In this document: piece by piece, positions 1 to 14,000 of the stretch
Position numbering within the stretch: position 1 is the stretch's first letter
Layout: every line of letters starts with the position of its first letter
Assembly: GCA_012295275.1 (NCBI GenBank)
Contig: CM022674.1
Coordinates: forward strand, 6,944,001-7,008,000
From: Chrysomallon squamiferum
Lineage: Eukaryota > Animalia > Mollusca
Direction of reading: 5' to 3'
Length of the DNA stretch: 64,000 bases
The notes under the pieces: model-generated
Told to the model about the DNA's origin: nothing
The model's input: the letters and a program-made list of their open reading frames with translations, nothing else
Databases searched by the model: none
Program-made: the position numbers and the translations under genes

Positions 1-569
1 AGTACTTTTTTTTCTTAAATATTTTTAATTATAAAAAACACCCAACAACATCAAAAAAAAAGAGAAAAAAGGCCCCTACTAAAACATTGACAAACAGCTG
101 GTGTTATAGCAAGGCAACTAGATGAAGAATAATTTGAAAGACAGGGATAAGAATATAATTTAAAATTATAAAGAAGTTTCTGACAACAGTGTGAAGGATA
201 ATTATACGTCATCACACACACGGGTGTCTTGGAGAACAATCAGAAGATGTTTTGGAAAAACAAGATTCTATTATAATTATTTCTTGACTAAACACTTACA
301 TTAAATATATGAGAAAATAGGTTTTTTTAAAAGTTCAGTTACAGAAATGACTAGTTAAACAAGCTGTATTAACAAAGAGTACAGACCTTTTAAATCTTTA
401 CCATGTTTTAGAATGCAGAAAAAACAGATCAGCACAATGTTCTCATGTCTGAAGCCTAAATGCTTCAACTAAATGCTTCAACCAGTATCTGATACTAATT
501 TCAGAATTGGATTTTTCTATGCCTTTCTCAAATAAAAGATCAGCAATAAAATTACTGACCGACTTAGTA

Positions 570-845
570 CTCAAGATCCAGACATTATCAATACTGAAGA
601 ACCACTGTGTCAATGCTAAAGATCCAGTCAGTGCCAATAGACATTATCAATTCTGAATATCTTGATTTTATCATTACTAATGATATTGTCAATGCCTGAC
701 AGAACCACAGTAAAGATCCAGAGTATCAACACTGAAGATCTAAGCTGTAGCAATACCAGAGTACCAATACTAAGATCCAGACAGTACCAATACTAAGATC
801 CAGAGAGTATCAATACTAAATATCCAGACAGAACCACACTAGTGA
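570..845. repeat. Degenerate 22-23 bp tandem repeat in the presumed Dvl 3' UTR
   Basis: Recurrent aagatccagacagtaccaatact-like units. Confidence 0.8.
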
Positions 846-1051
846 ATATTTTTAACCTCCAGAAGTTATGGAAATCGGTCCACAAAAAAAAAAAAAAAAA
901 AAAATTAAAAATTATAAAGCATCATTAAGCCTAGACAAGAACCACATGAAGAATATCAAAAAAGAAGAAGAAGAAAAAAAATAAAAATTAAAAATTAACC
1001 AACAGAACTGTTTTAAAAAATAAAAAATAAACTAGTGAAAGCATCACAACA

Positions 1052-1287
1052 TCACATGACATCTACAAAGAACTCACAAGGGTTGCCCATGGCCATTCTG
1101 AATGATTGTCTGCTTCCACTAAGATCTGCCGGCATTTGGCCCAGTGGATGGACACCAGGGGGTGCTCTTCTTGCGCTGGCTATACTTGCCGAGTCAGTGT
1201 CGCTACCACCACTTCCCATGGGACTTGAGGATTTGTTGCGATCTGATTTTTCTTTTTCTTTCTTGCTGCCACCAGAAGCACTGCTTC
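1052..1287 (-). CDS. dvl: Dvl terminal exon
   Basis: ttcctttacag|GA AGC AGT...; ends [28 protein letters not shown]. Confidence 0.97.
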
Positions 1288-2460
1288 CTGTAAAGGAAAG
1301 AAAAAAAGAGAAGAGTTAGAGTCAAGCCAAAAAAATAAAATAAATAATAATATTAAAAATTATTTAAAAATTGTGTTAAATTACAGAACCACTAAATTGT
1401 GTCCATAAAATCAACAAAATTATTTTAAAATTTCACACGATTTATATTCTCTCTTATACACTGATTTGATAAATTTTAATATACAAAAAGTACAAGAATA
1501 TTATTATTTCAAAACATTTTTGTTCCACATCAATTTTTTTGTAACATGCCAGTTTTTGCTTGTGTTAATTTTCTATATTACTGTTTGGAAAATATTCAGA
1601 ACTACATAAAAAAAAATACTTTGTGTATGTAAATCTTTCTCCCATTGTTTTATAGTTTCAGTGTACATTTTTCATTATTTGATGTATATAATAAACAACA
1701 TTTTTTGGCAAAGACTTTCTTCAAGAAATGAATGTAGCAAAATGCATTACATAATTATCATTGGCATGTTGTTTTGCACACACATTTATTGTCAGACAGA
1801 GGAGACACAGACATTTTACAACTAAGTGCAGTAAGAGATGATTTCAGATTTTCTATAAATCAATGCTAAATAGTTGTGACAAGATTTTACAAATAAATAA
1901 ATAAATAAATACAAAAATAAATCAATCAATCGACACTTAACACTTAAAAGAATCATTAACATATAAAAAAATTTTAAAAAAATAATTTTCAAAAAATCTG
2001 TAATAATAATTTTTTTTTTTTGTAAATTATAAAATTGTGCCTAACAAGATGAAGTTTTTATTTATTTTATTTTATTAAGTTATTATTATTATTATTATTT
2101 AAAGTAATAATTTAAAAAAAAAAAAAAAAACAATACAGAAATAACACAAGAAAATCCACTAAGACAGCTGATAAATTAATACACTATAAAAAAAAAAAGA
2201 GCAGATAACAAGACATTTTAGTGGCCAGGAATGAAGACAGCCATGCTTTCATTTTAGTTTTTATTATTATTATTATATTTTTGTAACATTTTTTTTTTTT
2301 TATATTAAATTTGCAAAGGTAATAAAAAAAATAAAATAAAAAATAAAATAAAAGAAAGAAAACACAAAGCCAGGAAAAAAAAAGACAACAAAAAACTCAA
2401 CTATAAAAGCATTATTATTGTTTTTTTGTTGTTGTTATTATTATTATTATTAAAATTGTA

Positions 2461-2497
<37 letters not shown>

Positions 2498-2758
2498 GCT
2501 AATAAGAAATAAGAAGACTGATGAATGTTTTCATTAGCAAGACCCAAACTATTGACTATAAATAAATATATAAATATAACTATTATTAGTAAGATACAAG
2601 TGTGGTACTAAGTGGTACAACACACTATATTAGTATCTATCAATTCATGCCACATGCTAACACTACTAATGCACAAACAATTCTATATGTTATTAACACA
2701 CATAATATTTTGTGCATTACTAAATTTTTAATCATCAAAACAATTATTTTAAAAAAAA

Positions 2759-2796
<38 letters not shown>

Positions 2797-2910
2797 CTTG
2801 TAAGTTTGTTTTAAATTTTTAAATGAAATTTATGAGAATGACAAAATGGTATTTCTCTGAAGCAGTTCATTTGAATGTTTTTAAATTCTTTATTTAAATA
2901 CTTTTTTTTT

Positions 2911-2948
<38 letters not shown>

Positions 2949-5900
2949 TAATTAAAATGAATATATCATTTTGGCCTAACAATATTTCTAAGATAATTTT
3001 ATTGAATGAAAACATATTCAAATACAGAATTCTTTACTTTATTTATTTTTCAAATGTTTTATTAACAACAGGTTTATTCCATTTTTTAACAAGTCAATAT
3101 ATATATAAAATACAAATAAATAAAATAAATAAAATAGATAAATAAATTAATAAATAAATAAATACTGATTTAGTAATGGAAAAAAACAAAACACCCCACC
3201 CCCCAAAAAAAAATCCTTTAAAATTAAATTTTCTTACAAATGAGGTAACAGGGAAATGTTCACTAGGTATTATGAAGAGTATTTAATATGTAAAAAATTA
3301 TTATATTTTGTAATACATTTGCTCTGTTGTACAAATAATTTTGAAAGAGCTGAAATTAATCTGCATATATATCAATTATTATATTTCCTTTTTTAAGTTA
3401 ATTTTCTTAGCATTAATTAATACTTCTGATAATTGCTTTAGCAATATTGGGATATGAATGCAGACATCTCTCCAGAAATCATAGCTGTCTGAATCAAATG
3501 TGTTTATCAAAATGCAGAAGACAGCTATACTGAAGACGACATTGTTATCCAATTTCAATGATTTTTGTATAACTATAAAAAGGTTTCTATACTGGCATTA
3601 AAAGCACTGATTTCATTTGTTCTTTAACATTTTCAAATTACTTTAAAATAAAGTTCACTCACTTTTTATTTATTTATATTACCTATAAACAAAATGATTA
3701 TAAAATAACAACTAATAAATAAATAAATAAAATTATAAAAAATAATTATAATAAATAAATAATCTAAAAGTGTCCATAACTTACTCTTAATAATACATAT
3801 AAAGTATAAAAACAATTAAACTTAATAATAACAATAAAATAACAATAACAATAAACGAAATAAAAAATAAAAAACAATAAAATTCTCCAAAATAACAATT
3901 CCTAGTTACTGTCATCATGGCCGCAATTTTCCTTTGCACAGTTCACTTTTACTTCCTGTGTCTAAACAGATATTCACAACTGCTTCAGAGAATGAACGAG
4001 ATGATGGTGCTGGTGGGGGTGATGTAGGGTGGGGATTGGGATGAGGCTCTGAACTGACCTGCCTGCCGATTACGAAGAACGGAAAGAGAAGAGGATACAA
4101 GAGCAGTAACAGATGTTTTTCCTGGAACATTGTTGTTCAGTTCGTAGCTGTTGCTTGGCACAAATTTATTCAACGGTGAATCCGCAATGCAAGGCCAATG
4201 GTGGGGAAAACAAACACAAGCATTTTGTTCTGGCAGAAGAAAACAATTTTTTTTTTTTTACTTGTTTTTTGTTTTTGTTTTTTTTCTTTTTTCTATGACT
4301 AAAAAAGATACAATATAATTAGAAGTGAAACGAGTTTATAAATAATGGCAGTCTGAAACCAAAATAAATTTGTTATTTTAATTATTTATATGGTATTTTT
4401 TGTTGTTGAAAATCTGTGAATATTTTAAAAAGTAGTTGCAAGATATTTGGTAATATATGTAAATTTCTGTTTTTCCACCAAAAAATAATAACTTTAAGAA
4501 CAAAAAGTATACTGCTAAATTATTTATAATATTCCATGAATTGTTCAAAAAAACTTTTTTTTCTTTTTTTTTTAATTATTCTTTTATGGATAGCTTTTTT
4601 TCTCTTTCTTTTTTTTTGTTTACTGTTTTGATTATTATTATTTTTTGTATGTGATTTACAAAGATATTTAATGCAAATTTTATTTATAAACAATTATCCA
4701 CATTTTTTGGTTGATTATGCTAAGGAGAAAGACAAAATAATTAGTAACTGAAAAAGACTGTTTTAAATGTTTTAGAAAAATGGAAGAACAAGAGATATAA
4801 AGAAATGTACATCACAATACATAAATAATTTTTAATTAATTCAGTAATAATTTTGTCTTTTTATAAACAGTCCCTCCTGCATGCTTCATTCCTATTGGAC
4901 AGCACTTTGAAAGACAATAAGAGAAAAGCGATTTTTAAAATATACAAATATAATCAATATCCAGATGATAGGTGAAATTCTAAAAGATGGTTTTATTAAA
5001 AAATATTTGAATTTTCAAAAAGCAGTAAAAATTTAAAAATAAAATAAAATAATAATAAAAATAAATAAATAAAATAATGCAAGGTGGAAAAAGCAAGAAT
5101 AAATAGCAGATTTAATATTTTATCTACTTAAGTATTCAAAAAATAATAATTTGTTTCTACTTAAATATAAGTTGTTACATTATTATTTATTATTATTATT
5201 TGGATTCAATAAACATAATGCTATTGATATTTTCTTTATTATTATTGTAATTATTTTTTTTAATTATAAAAATTATTTTTCACTATCATTTTTTAAAACT
5301 TTCTACATTTAAAAAAAATATTTTGTTCCAAGTAATTATAATTATTTACTGTTAATATTTAATTAATTTATCATGTGCTTAGATTTGGAAATCTTTATTT
5401 TATTGAAATTTTTCACTTTCAGTAACTAAAATAAGATTACTATTATTATTACTATTATTATTATTATTATATAAGTTTCATTTATTTAGCATTTTACAGT
5501 AAAATCCACAAATATTTGCTGATAACATATTCATGCTGCTTAAATTATTTTTAAAAATCATGGCTTGTTTGTTCAAATAGATAAATAACAAATTTTATTT
5601 TCATTATTAATAATACAATTACTTCCCCATAAGTAACAGGAACAAAGAGCAACAATTAAATACTAAAAAAAAAAAAATAATAATAATAATTAAAAAAAAC
5701 CCAATAACATAAAAAATTTTAAATTTGAAAAAAATAAAAAATAAAAAAGTAATAAAACAGATCGTCTGTTCCTGGCTCTGTGGTTTTTTTTAATGTTAAA
5801 CTTTGAAAATAGTGCCAACAAATTACATGTTATATATATTATATTTGTATACATACATATTTTTTTAAAGCATGACCTTTTGTTTCCCTGACAAGTGGGG

Positions 5901-6912
5901 AGGGAATAAAAAAAATATATATAATTTTTTTTTTTTTTTTACTTTCATGTTTTAATTTTAATTTTTTAAAGTTATATTTAGACCTGGTATGTTTAATTAA
6001 TTTTCAGTATTCATTTAAATAAATAAAATAAAATAAATAAATAAATATGAAAAAGAGGGGAAAAGTTCAACAGGATGAAAGATTACCAAGTTAATTATTT
6101 CTTATTATATAAATTCAACAAAAAGTTCAACATATTTGACATATGGTTTACATCAAATGGAAAGGAAATATTTTTTTTCACTAAGTTACCAAAAATATCC
6201 TGAAACTAGCTGCTACTTGAAAAATGTAAATAAATAAATAAAAAATAATTTCTTTTTTTCATTTGGTAAAGAAATCTCTCTATTTTAGTTAAAACCAAAA
6301 CCAGTTAATTTGTGTTGTTTGTTTTTAAAAATAAATGTAACTAATAGATTATTGATTAATTATATGTGCATGTTAATTAGTTCTAGAGCATGCATGCATA
6401 AAAAAAAAAGAAGATTATATGTTAATAAAGGCCTTGTTAGTCAAAAAACATCAATAATAATGAAAAAATAAACAATTTTTTTTATTTAATAACAAAAGAA
6501 ATATAAAAGTTATTTTTTAATCTCTTGTTTTAAAATGCAACCAAATAATTGCTGAGGCAGTTATTAAAAAAGATTTAAGTAAAACATAAAAACACAATTC
6601 CGGGAAATGGCAAAAAACCAACAAAAATCCCCAGGAAAATAATGCATTTGAAGTTAAAAAAAAAAGAAAAAAGTTGCATGTGCATTCCAAAAAAGCAGCT
6701 AAAAATGACAAACAAAAAAGGTGTCATAATCAAAGCAAATGAAAGTGTGTTTTCATAATTTTTTTCTTTTTTTTTAAATTTTATTTTAGAAAACAAAATG
6801 TATTTATGATTTGTTGTGAAAGGTAACAAACATTGATTTCATGATCATGCCTGGAAGTCCTAAAGCATAGCATACACAAAAAAACGCAGTGCAGCCTTAA
6901 GTAACAAAATAA

Positions 6913-6968
<56 letters not shown>

Positions 6969-8446
6969 CAATAATAACAACAATAATAAATAAAATAAAA
7001 CAAAAAAAGAATTAAAAATTATAACATAAGAAATTAAATATTTTTATCAAATTAAAAATTTTAAAATATGCCACAATCTGCAGATCATTCGTAATTATAG
7101 CAAGCAACTACAAGATGCTGAGTAAAATTTATTAAAAATCCATAATACTTTAGTACATGCATGAAAATGAACGGACAGAAGCAAATTAAATATAGATTTT
7201 CAATTTTTTGTTTTTTTTATATATATTTGTATATACCAAGTACACTCACAAATTTAACTATCCCTAAAAAAACTCAGCCCCTCTAAAAAAAAAAAACAGT
7301 TTGAAAAATTAAATTTAGTCGCAAATGCAAAATCATTTCGCCAGTGCAAACCTGTCGCATTAATTAAAAATGGCTTCCATTGACTTGTGTTTGCCATTCT
7401 GCTGCAGAATTACGCAGTGATCATGAAAACATGGGATGTTACTGGGGTTATTTTCTCTCAAACATGTGACTACAAACCAAAACTACTCGAGGAGTTCCGC
7501 AAGCATGCCTGTTCCGTTCCAGCATGCAGGAGGGACCTGTTCGGGTCACCATGGTGACCAACATTCTGAAGATTGTTTTGTTTGTCCTTATTTTCCCAAA
7601 GCTTTCGCAAGTGATTGTATGTACTAATTAAACACGTACAGTCTTTTACTGCTACTGCAAAACAATGGAAACCAAAAAACAAACGATAGACACAATATCA
7701 ACAAAACACACACAAAAACATAACTTAAAAAAGAAAAAATTGTAGAAAAAAAACAACATAAATAATAATAACAATAAATAAAAAAAAAAAAAAAAAAATA
7801 GAAAGAAAAAATAAAATTAAAATAATGATAAAATAAAGGAAATAAAAAAGAAGGCAAAAACAAGTTGCAAAATTTAAAAGATTTGGGACAAGTTATTAAG
7901 CATTAATCTTTGCTAACAACAAAAAATGCTACAGGATACATTTGGTTTAAACAATATTATATTGTTTTTTTAATTTTTGTTTTTTGATTCTCGTTTTTAA
8001 ATCTGAATTTCTTTATTAAATATTTTATATATTTTTCAATGATCTTTGCAGTTCCCAAATTAAATTATACTGATCATTATGTTTTCTTTGCTTCAAACTA
8101 TCAGTTTAATAAGTTTTTTTTTTGTAAGTTAAAAGTGATTCTCCAAATTGCCAGATAAATACTTTATTTTAAAATATTAAGTATCTTGTTTAAATAAAAC
8201 ATTTCTCAGCAAAACATTTGATGGAATATGTTTTTCAAATTAAATATTGATTCTAATAAAAATGGATGAGTAAAAAATATTAAAATTTCATTTTTCTAAG
8301 CACTTCATCTAATTTTATATTTTAACTCACTGACTGCTTTATTTATTATTTACTATAAATCTTTACCAATATAAAAGAATGACTACAAGTGGATGCCTGG
8401 CAAAAACTGAAGAACAGAAGTGAACAGTAAGTTGAAATGTTACATA

Positions 8447-8491
<45 letters not shown>

Positions 8492-9923
8492 CATCAGTCT
8501 AATATAATCTAATAGTTAATTCTTTGAAAGCTGATTTTATCCTGAATTTTGTTAAACTGATTAAAATTAAGAGAGTTAGCTTCATTTTAGGAACTGCAAA
8601 GATATCAAATAAATATGTAAATCACAAATTCATTTTTTGTTTTGTTTCAGATAAATGTTTTAGGTATCCTGAAATGAAAGTCCAGTATAATGAATGTTAA
8701 AACTACTGTGCATGTATTAAAATACATTTTCTACAGAATGTCCCAAACCTGTTAGTATAAGGCCATTATCAAGGAAATTTTAGATTTTCTTAACTATCTT
8801 CCCAGAAAAATCCCACATCCCCATTTTGTGCACCACTCAAAAAAGCAGTATATGTTTGAAAGATTTATAAAACTCATTATGCATTTTTCAATTACAATTT
8901 TTTAAATTTATTTTTTTTTTTTTAACATTTTACAGAAAGAATAGAACAATTATAAAAATGAAAATAATGTTGCACCATTGTATTTTCAAAAAGCTGAAAA
9001 TCTAAAATTTATTTTATAATGGCCTAATGAAGAGGAAACAAGACAACAAAGCAAACATTACATATAAAAAGCTCAAAAGCATCTAATATCTGAAGCAAAG
9101 AAAACAGAGCTAATAATCTATTTATACTGATGCACAAAAGAAACACAATTTGGAGATAATTGATAACGGACATCAAATGTACTTAAATTATGTTGTGAAT
9201 AGGGTGCCTGTTGATTTTTTTTTATTTACTGTTATACATTCAAGTGATTCAGTGTGCATGAGTGATCACAAAACATGAACAGTTCAAACCACACGATAAA
9301 ATTCAAGTTGAATAAATATAATGTAATTTTTACAAAATTTTTAATTTAAAATCACAATCATTAAGATTAGGATTCATAACATACAAATTACGAAAAACAT
9401 GTGTTTCTTTTGTGAATCAGCATAACTGAAATGAAATGCCATGATTACAAGACAGAAGAAAAAATCTTTCATGTTCTTATAAAACGATAATGATAATGTT
9501 AATAATAATATTAAAACTATATTAATAAAATCCTTATATTTTGGATTAGTGAAATAAAGACTCATTGTGTATGTAACCTAACATTTTACTTTTTGTTTCT
9601 AACATATATGAGGAATAATTAAGATAAAATGATTTTATTTTATTTTATTTATTTTCTTATTATTATTATTTTCATTACTATAACAAAAACTATTTAAATT
9701 TTAAATATTTCACAGGAAAAATTTATTTTATTATATAGACTTTTGTGTTTCATGTAATTAATTAACTGTAAAATAAATAAGAAAATATTTAAAGTAAATA
9801 TTCTTCTGCAGCAAACTAAAATGTTTTGGGTCCCCCCTCTATTTTTCCAATTATTTTATTTGTAAGAAAAAAAAAAAACGAAAATATTAATAACAAATAT
9901 CCCTTGAAATTAAAAAAAAATGG

Positions 9924-9954
<31 letters not shown>

Positions 9955-9958
9955 ATTA

Positions 9959-9995
<37 letters not shown>

Positions 9996-10506
9996 AATTA
10001 ACAAAATTTTAATAATTTTGCAATTCAACTTAAATTACTGCCTCAAACATTTTTCTTCTACTTCTAAAACAGGTTGTGCACAGAATATGTATATGCATGT
10101 GCATGCTTTAATTTTGCACAAATTAAAAAAAAAAAAAAAAAAAAACTGAACAAACATTATGATAGAAAGTAAATAATCACACTGCTAAGGTCATGTGACT
10201 TTAAATGCAAATGATGTCCGATTCTTGACCATTCGATTGCTGCATGCAACTGAGAAAATATAACAGTAATAAGTATCACAGACAATACTACGAAATACAC
10301 CAACAGTATCTCACACTCTACTTTTATGTTAAATATTTGCAGAAGTTTACATTTTTGATAGTCCCATTTTATTTAAAAATTCTCATCTTATTTTAAATAC
10401 ACTTTTCCTACAATGTTTTAAATTTTTTTAAAACTATTTATTAAATTTTATTTAATAATGAAAGTGATATATCTATTTACGGTTTATGTATCTTTTCATA
10501 ACAAAT

Positions 10507-10539
<33 letters not shown>

Positions 10540-11038
10540 CTTACATAAAATAACTTTTTTTTTCTTATAAATATTTCTGGCTTTTTTCAAATTTGTCTTC
10601 AAGGTTCTGATTATTTTTATTTAAAAGCAAATGAAAGCCCAGTAAAATTTCCTATAACTTTACATACTAATATTATTCATCATCTACAATCATTATTCAA
10701 TGCTATATTTTCTATATAATTTATAAAAAAAGAAAAAACATATCCCATATTTTCTGCTTATCTTAGAGGCAATTATAACTTCCCTCCCAATTTTTGTTAC
10801 TGTAAATATTACCAAGATTTATTATTTTTTTTAATCATTCATTCATTCATTCAATCATTCATTCATTGTTATTATTAGTTTAAAATGAAGATGAATAAGA
10901 GAGAACTGTTCATAAAATACTCTTATAATATTTTTTTATTTTTTTTTTTTTGCATTTTCTTGAAGCAGGCAGATACAATTGTGTTAGTTAGTTTATGATA
11001 AGCAATGCAAGCAAGAAACATGACAACATATTCATTAA

Positions 11039-11095
<57 letters not shown>

Positions 11096-14000
11096 CAATG
11101 TCTTTTAATAAATAAACAAATTAAAAATTAATAATTGTAGCTAAAATAAAAATAATTATATAACTAAAAGTATTGATATTTATTTTCATCATATATTGTT
11201 TTGTATGTCAGAATCATTTAGTTAACAAGTAATTCAGATATTTGGTTTGTTTCTGTTTAAATTATCATTAGTAATGTCTATAAGATTAACAATACAATTG
11301 TTGTAAAGTCAGTCTTATTTAACAAATATATAAAGTAAAATGAATGCAAGAATGAATCAGTACTTCACTTGATTCATGATGACAGAGAAATGTATATATT
11401 TTAATGTTACTATATTTTTAAAAATATATGTATTGCACTGCCAATTTATACTTTAATTTTTTCTAGATTCCAAATGAGAAGTAACACAGAAATAAATTCA
11501 GAATCAAGCTTTCTGCTAAAATAGTGTTATGGATATAAATATATTAAATTTATGTAACTCCGATCTTACCAGAAGTGACTGTATATTTAAAAAAAATAAA
11601 TAAAAAAATAAAACTTAAAATTTTTAAAACAAAAGAGGTTCATTTTTAATTAAAAAAAAAAAAAAAGAAAAAAAAAAAGGTTAAATTCATTATTAAATCA
11701 TGGCCTTACCACAACCCATTAAATCCACTGTTAAAAACATTAACTTACCAGAAGCATCAGTTCGCTGTTATAAACCAGAAGCAAAAAATATTTGAACATC
11801 CAATCAGATTCACAACCCTATCAGAAGGAAGCATTACTGAGCAACCAACGAGATTTGTGATCTTATCAGAAGCAATACTGAACAACCAATCAAATTCACT
11901 GACATATCAGAAGCATAACCAATAAGAAATATTGTTAAAACAAGGTCTTACCAGAAGCACTATGTACACTACCAGCACTGCCATTGCCACCGCCAATACC
12001 TGATGGGGCAGGCATCGGCATCGGCGTTGGTACAGGAGCACCATCAACGAATGAGCCCACAAAACTAGCATTGTCCGTACTGGTATAATTATAAGGTGGT
12101 ATATAGTTGAGGTGCTGGGGTAAATAGTTTAGACTGCTGTAAGGGTATTGGTTATTCCAGGCAGGGGGAGGTAATGGTGCCAGGGTATCTCTGTCGGCTT
12201 CTGACACAGAATCCACATCTTCTAGACTCAGTGAGGTTAGATCTGAAATGTAGATGTTTTTAATATTCATGAATAATTATCTCGACTCCAATTATTATTT
12301 TTTGTTACACAACCAAATTTTAAAAATTTCAATGCTTCTAAATAATTCATTTTAAATCTAGTCATAAATTAACTTTTTATTATTTGTTCTCTGTCAGTGC
12401 AAGAGGGATGTTTTCAGCTGAATGCCATTCCTATAAGAAAACGACTGAATTTTCAGATTTTCACTTTATGAGGATTAAAAAAAACAATGATTAACACTGA
12501 TAAATTGCTATAGAATTATCTCTACTCAAATGTATAGTGAAAACATACCTGGATATTGCGGTGGACCTGTGGAGAAAATGATAAAAACAATAATTAACTG
12601 CTTTTCCAAATCACCTAACTATCATTAACTATTAGTGAAGAACAATGCTTTGTGATCTTTACAATTTTGTTAAAAAAAAAAAAATATTTGACTGAAGTCA
12701 AGCAGAAACATTCATGATAAAAAATCTTATATTGATTAAACATTTATAAGAGAGAGAGAAAGAAAGGTAGAGAAGAAGGAGGCTGAAAACAAGGTAGAAA
12801 TAATAATGGGTATTATACCTGTTAGTAACTGAATCAGAAATAGATAGCTGGATAAGATAAAGAGAGAATGGCGACAGAGAATGAGTGAAATACAACAAAG
12901 GAAGGAAAGAAGGACAGAAATACAGACAGACGGATTCACTATAGAGTTAAATGTTTGAAGATTAATGTACCATTTCCGCCTAGATCACCGAAGACGTAGT
13001 AGCACTGTTCTGAAAACGTGAGTTTGTTCACTGTGTGACGGATGTAACCAACTTTTAAAAGATTGCAAGCATATTTTCTGGCGTCTCTCCGGTCAGTAAA
13101 CCCGTCCACGTGTGTGAACAACCAGTCGACCAGATCAGAGCCTGCAACACAGATTGGTTTTAAAAAAAATAACACAACACACATTTTAAAAAATATTAAT
13201 ATTAAACTGTTCTGAAAAAAACAACCTTTATCATCTTTTTTTCTTTGACGTTTCTTTAATTTTTAAACAAATAAATAAAAAACAACTGTATTTTAATGAT
13301 GGAAATAAAATAATTTAATGTGACTTTTTTTTACAAATTAATCTATATTTACAGGAATTTACCTATTATTTTTAAGATCATCTAACAAAATCCACCTCAA
13401 TAAAGTCATATAACAGCAAACAACAACAATTATGATGATGATGACAGTAATAACAATAATAATAATAATAATAATAATAAAACAATGATTTTCCAAACAG
13501 ATTATAATGGAAATAAATAAGGTAAGAATACAGCAGCTGCTTGTTAAAGAATTTTTTGATATATAATCAATATTCTACAAGTTTTGTGTTTATTTTCACT
13601 GCATATATGAAGGAAAACTTGTAAACAGTCATAGTTTGATTCATGCTTTGGGCAAGGAAGAGTAATAACTTCTCAGAATGAGCAGTGCTTTGTCAGTTGT
13701 GATCACACAGGTAAATGCTCTACACACAGGCCTGCAGAAGAGTATGCTACATAATGACCACACAAGTATTTTGTCAGTAATTTACAACTGCCCATAAATA
13801 TTTAAAATTTAACTTGATGTTTGAATCAGAAAGTACAAATCAGATATAAAAATACTAAGATAGTTTTAAAAAATAAAACATTTATTACAAAATCACTAAT
13901 TCCATTTTAGTCACTAACTTCCATAATTATGTATTGTTTTTCTGTAACTGCAGAAAATCATCCTCTTTTATTATTGTACTTCTACTACTACTACTACTAC

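Noticed and set aside
1035-1319. 94-aa plus-strand ORF
   Set aside because: Antisense shadow of the Dvl terminal exon.
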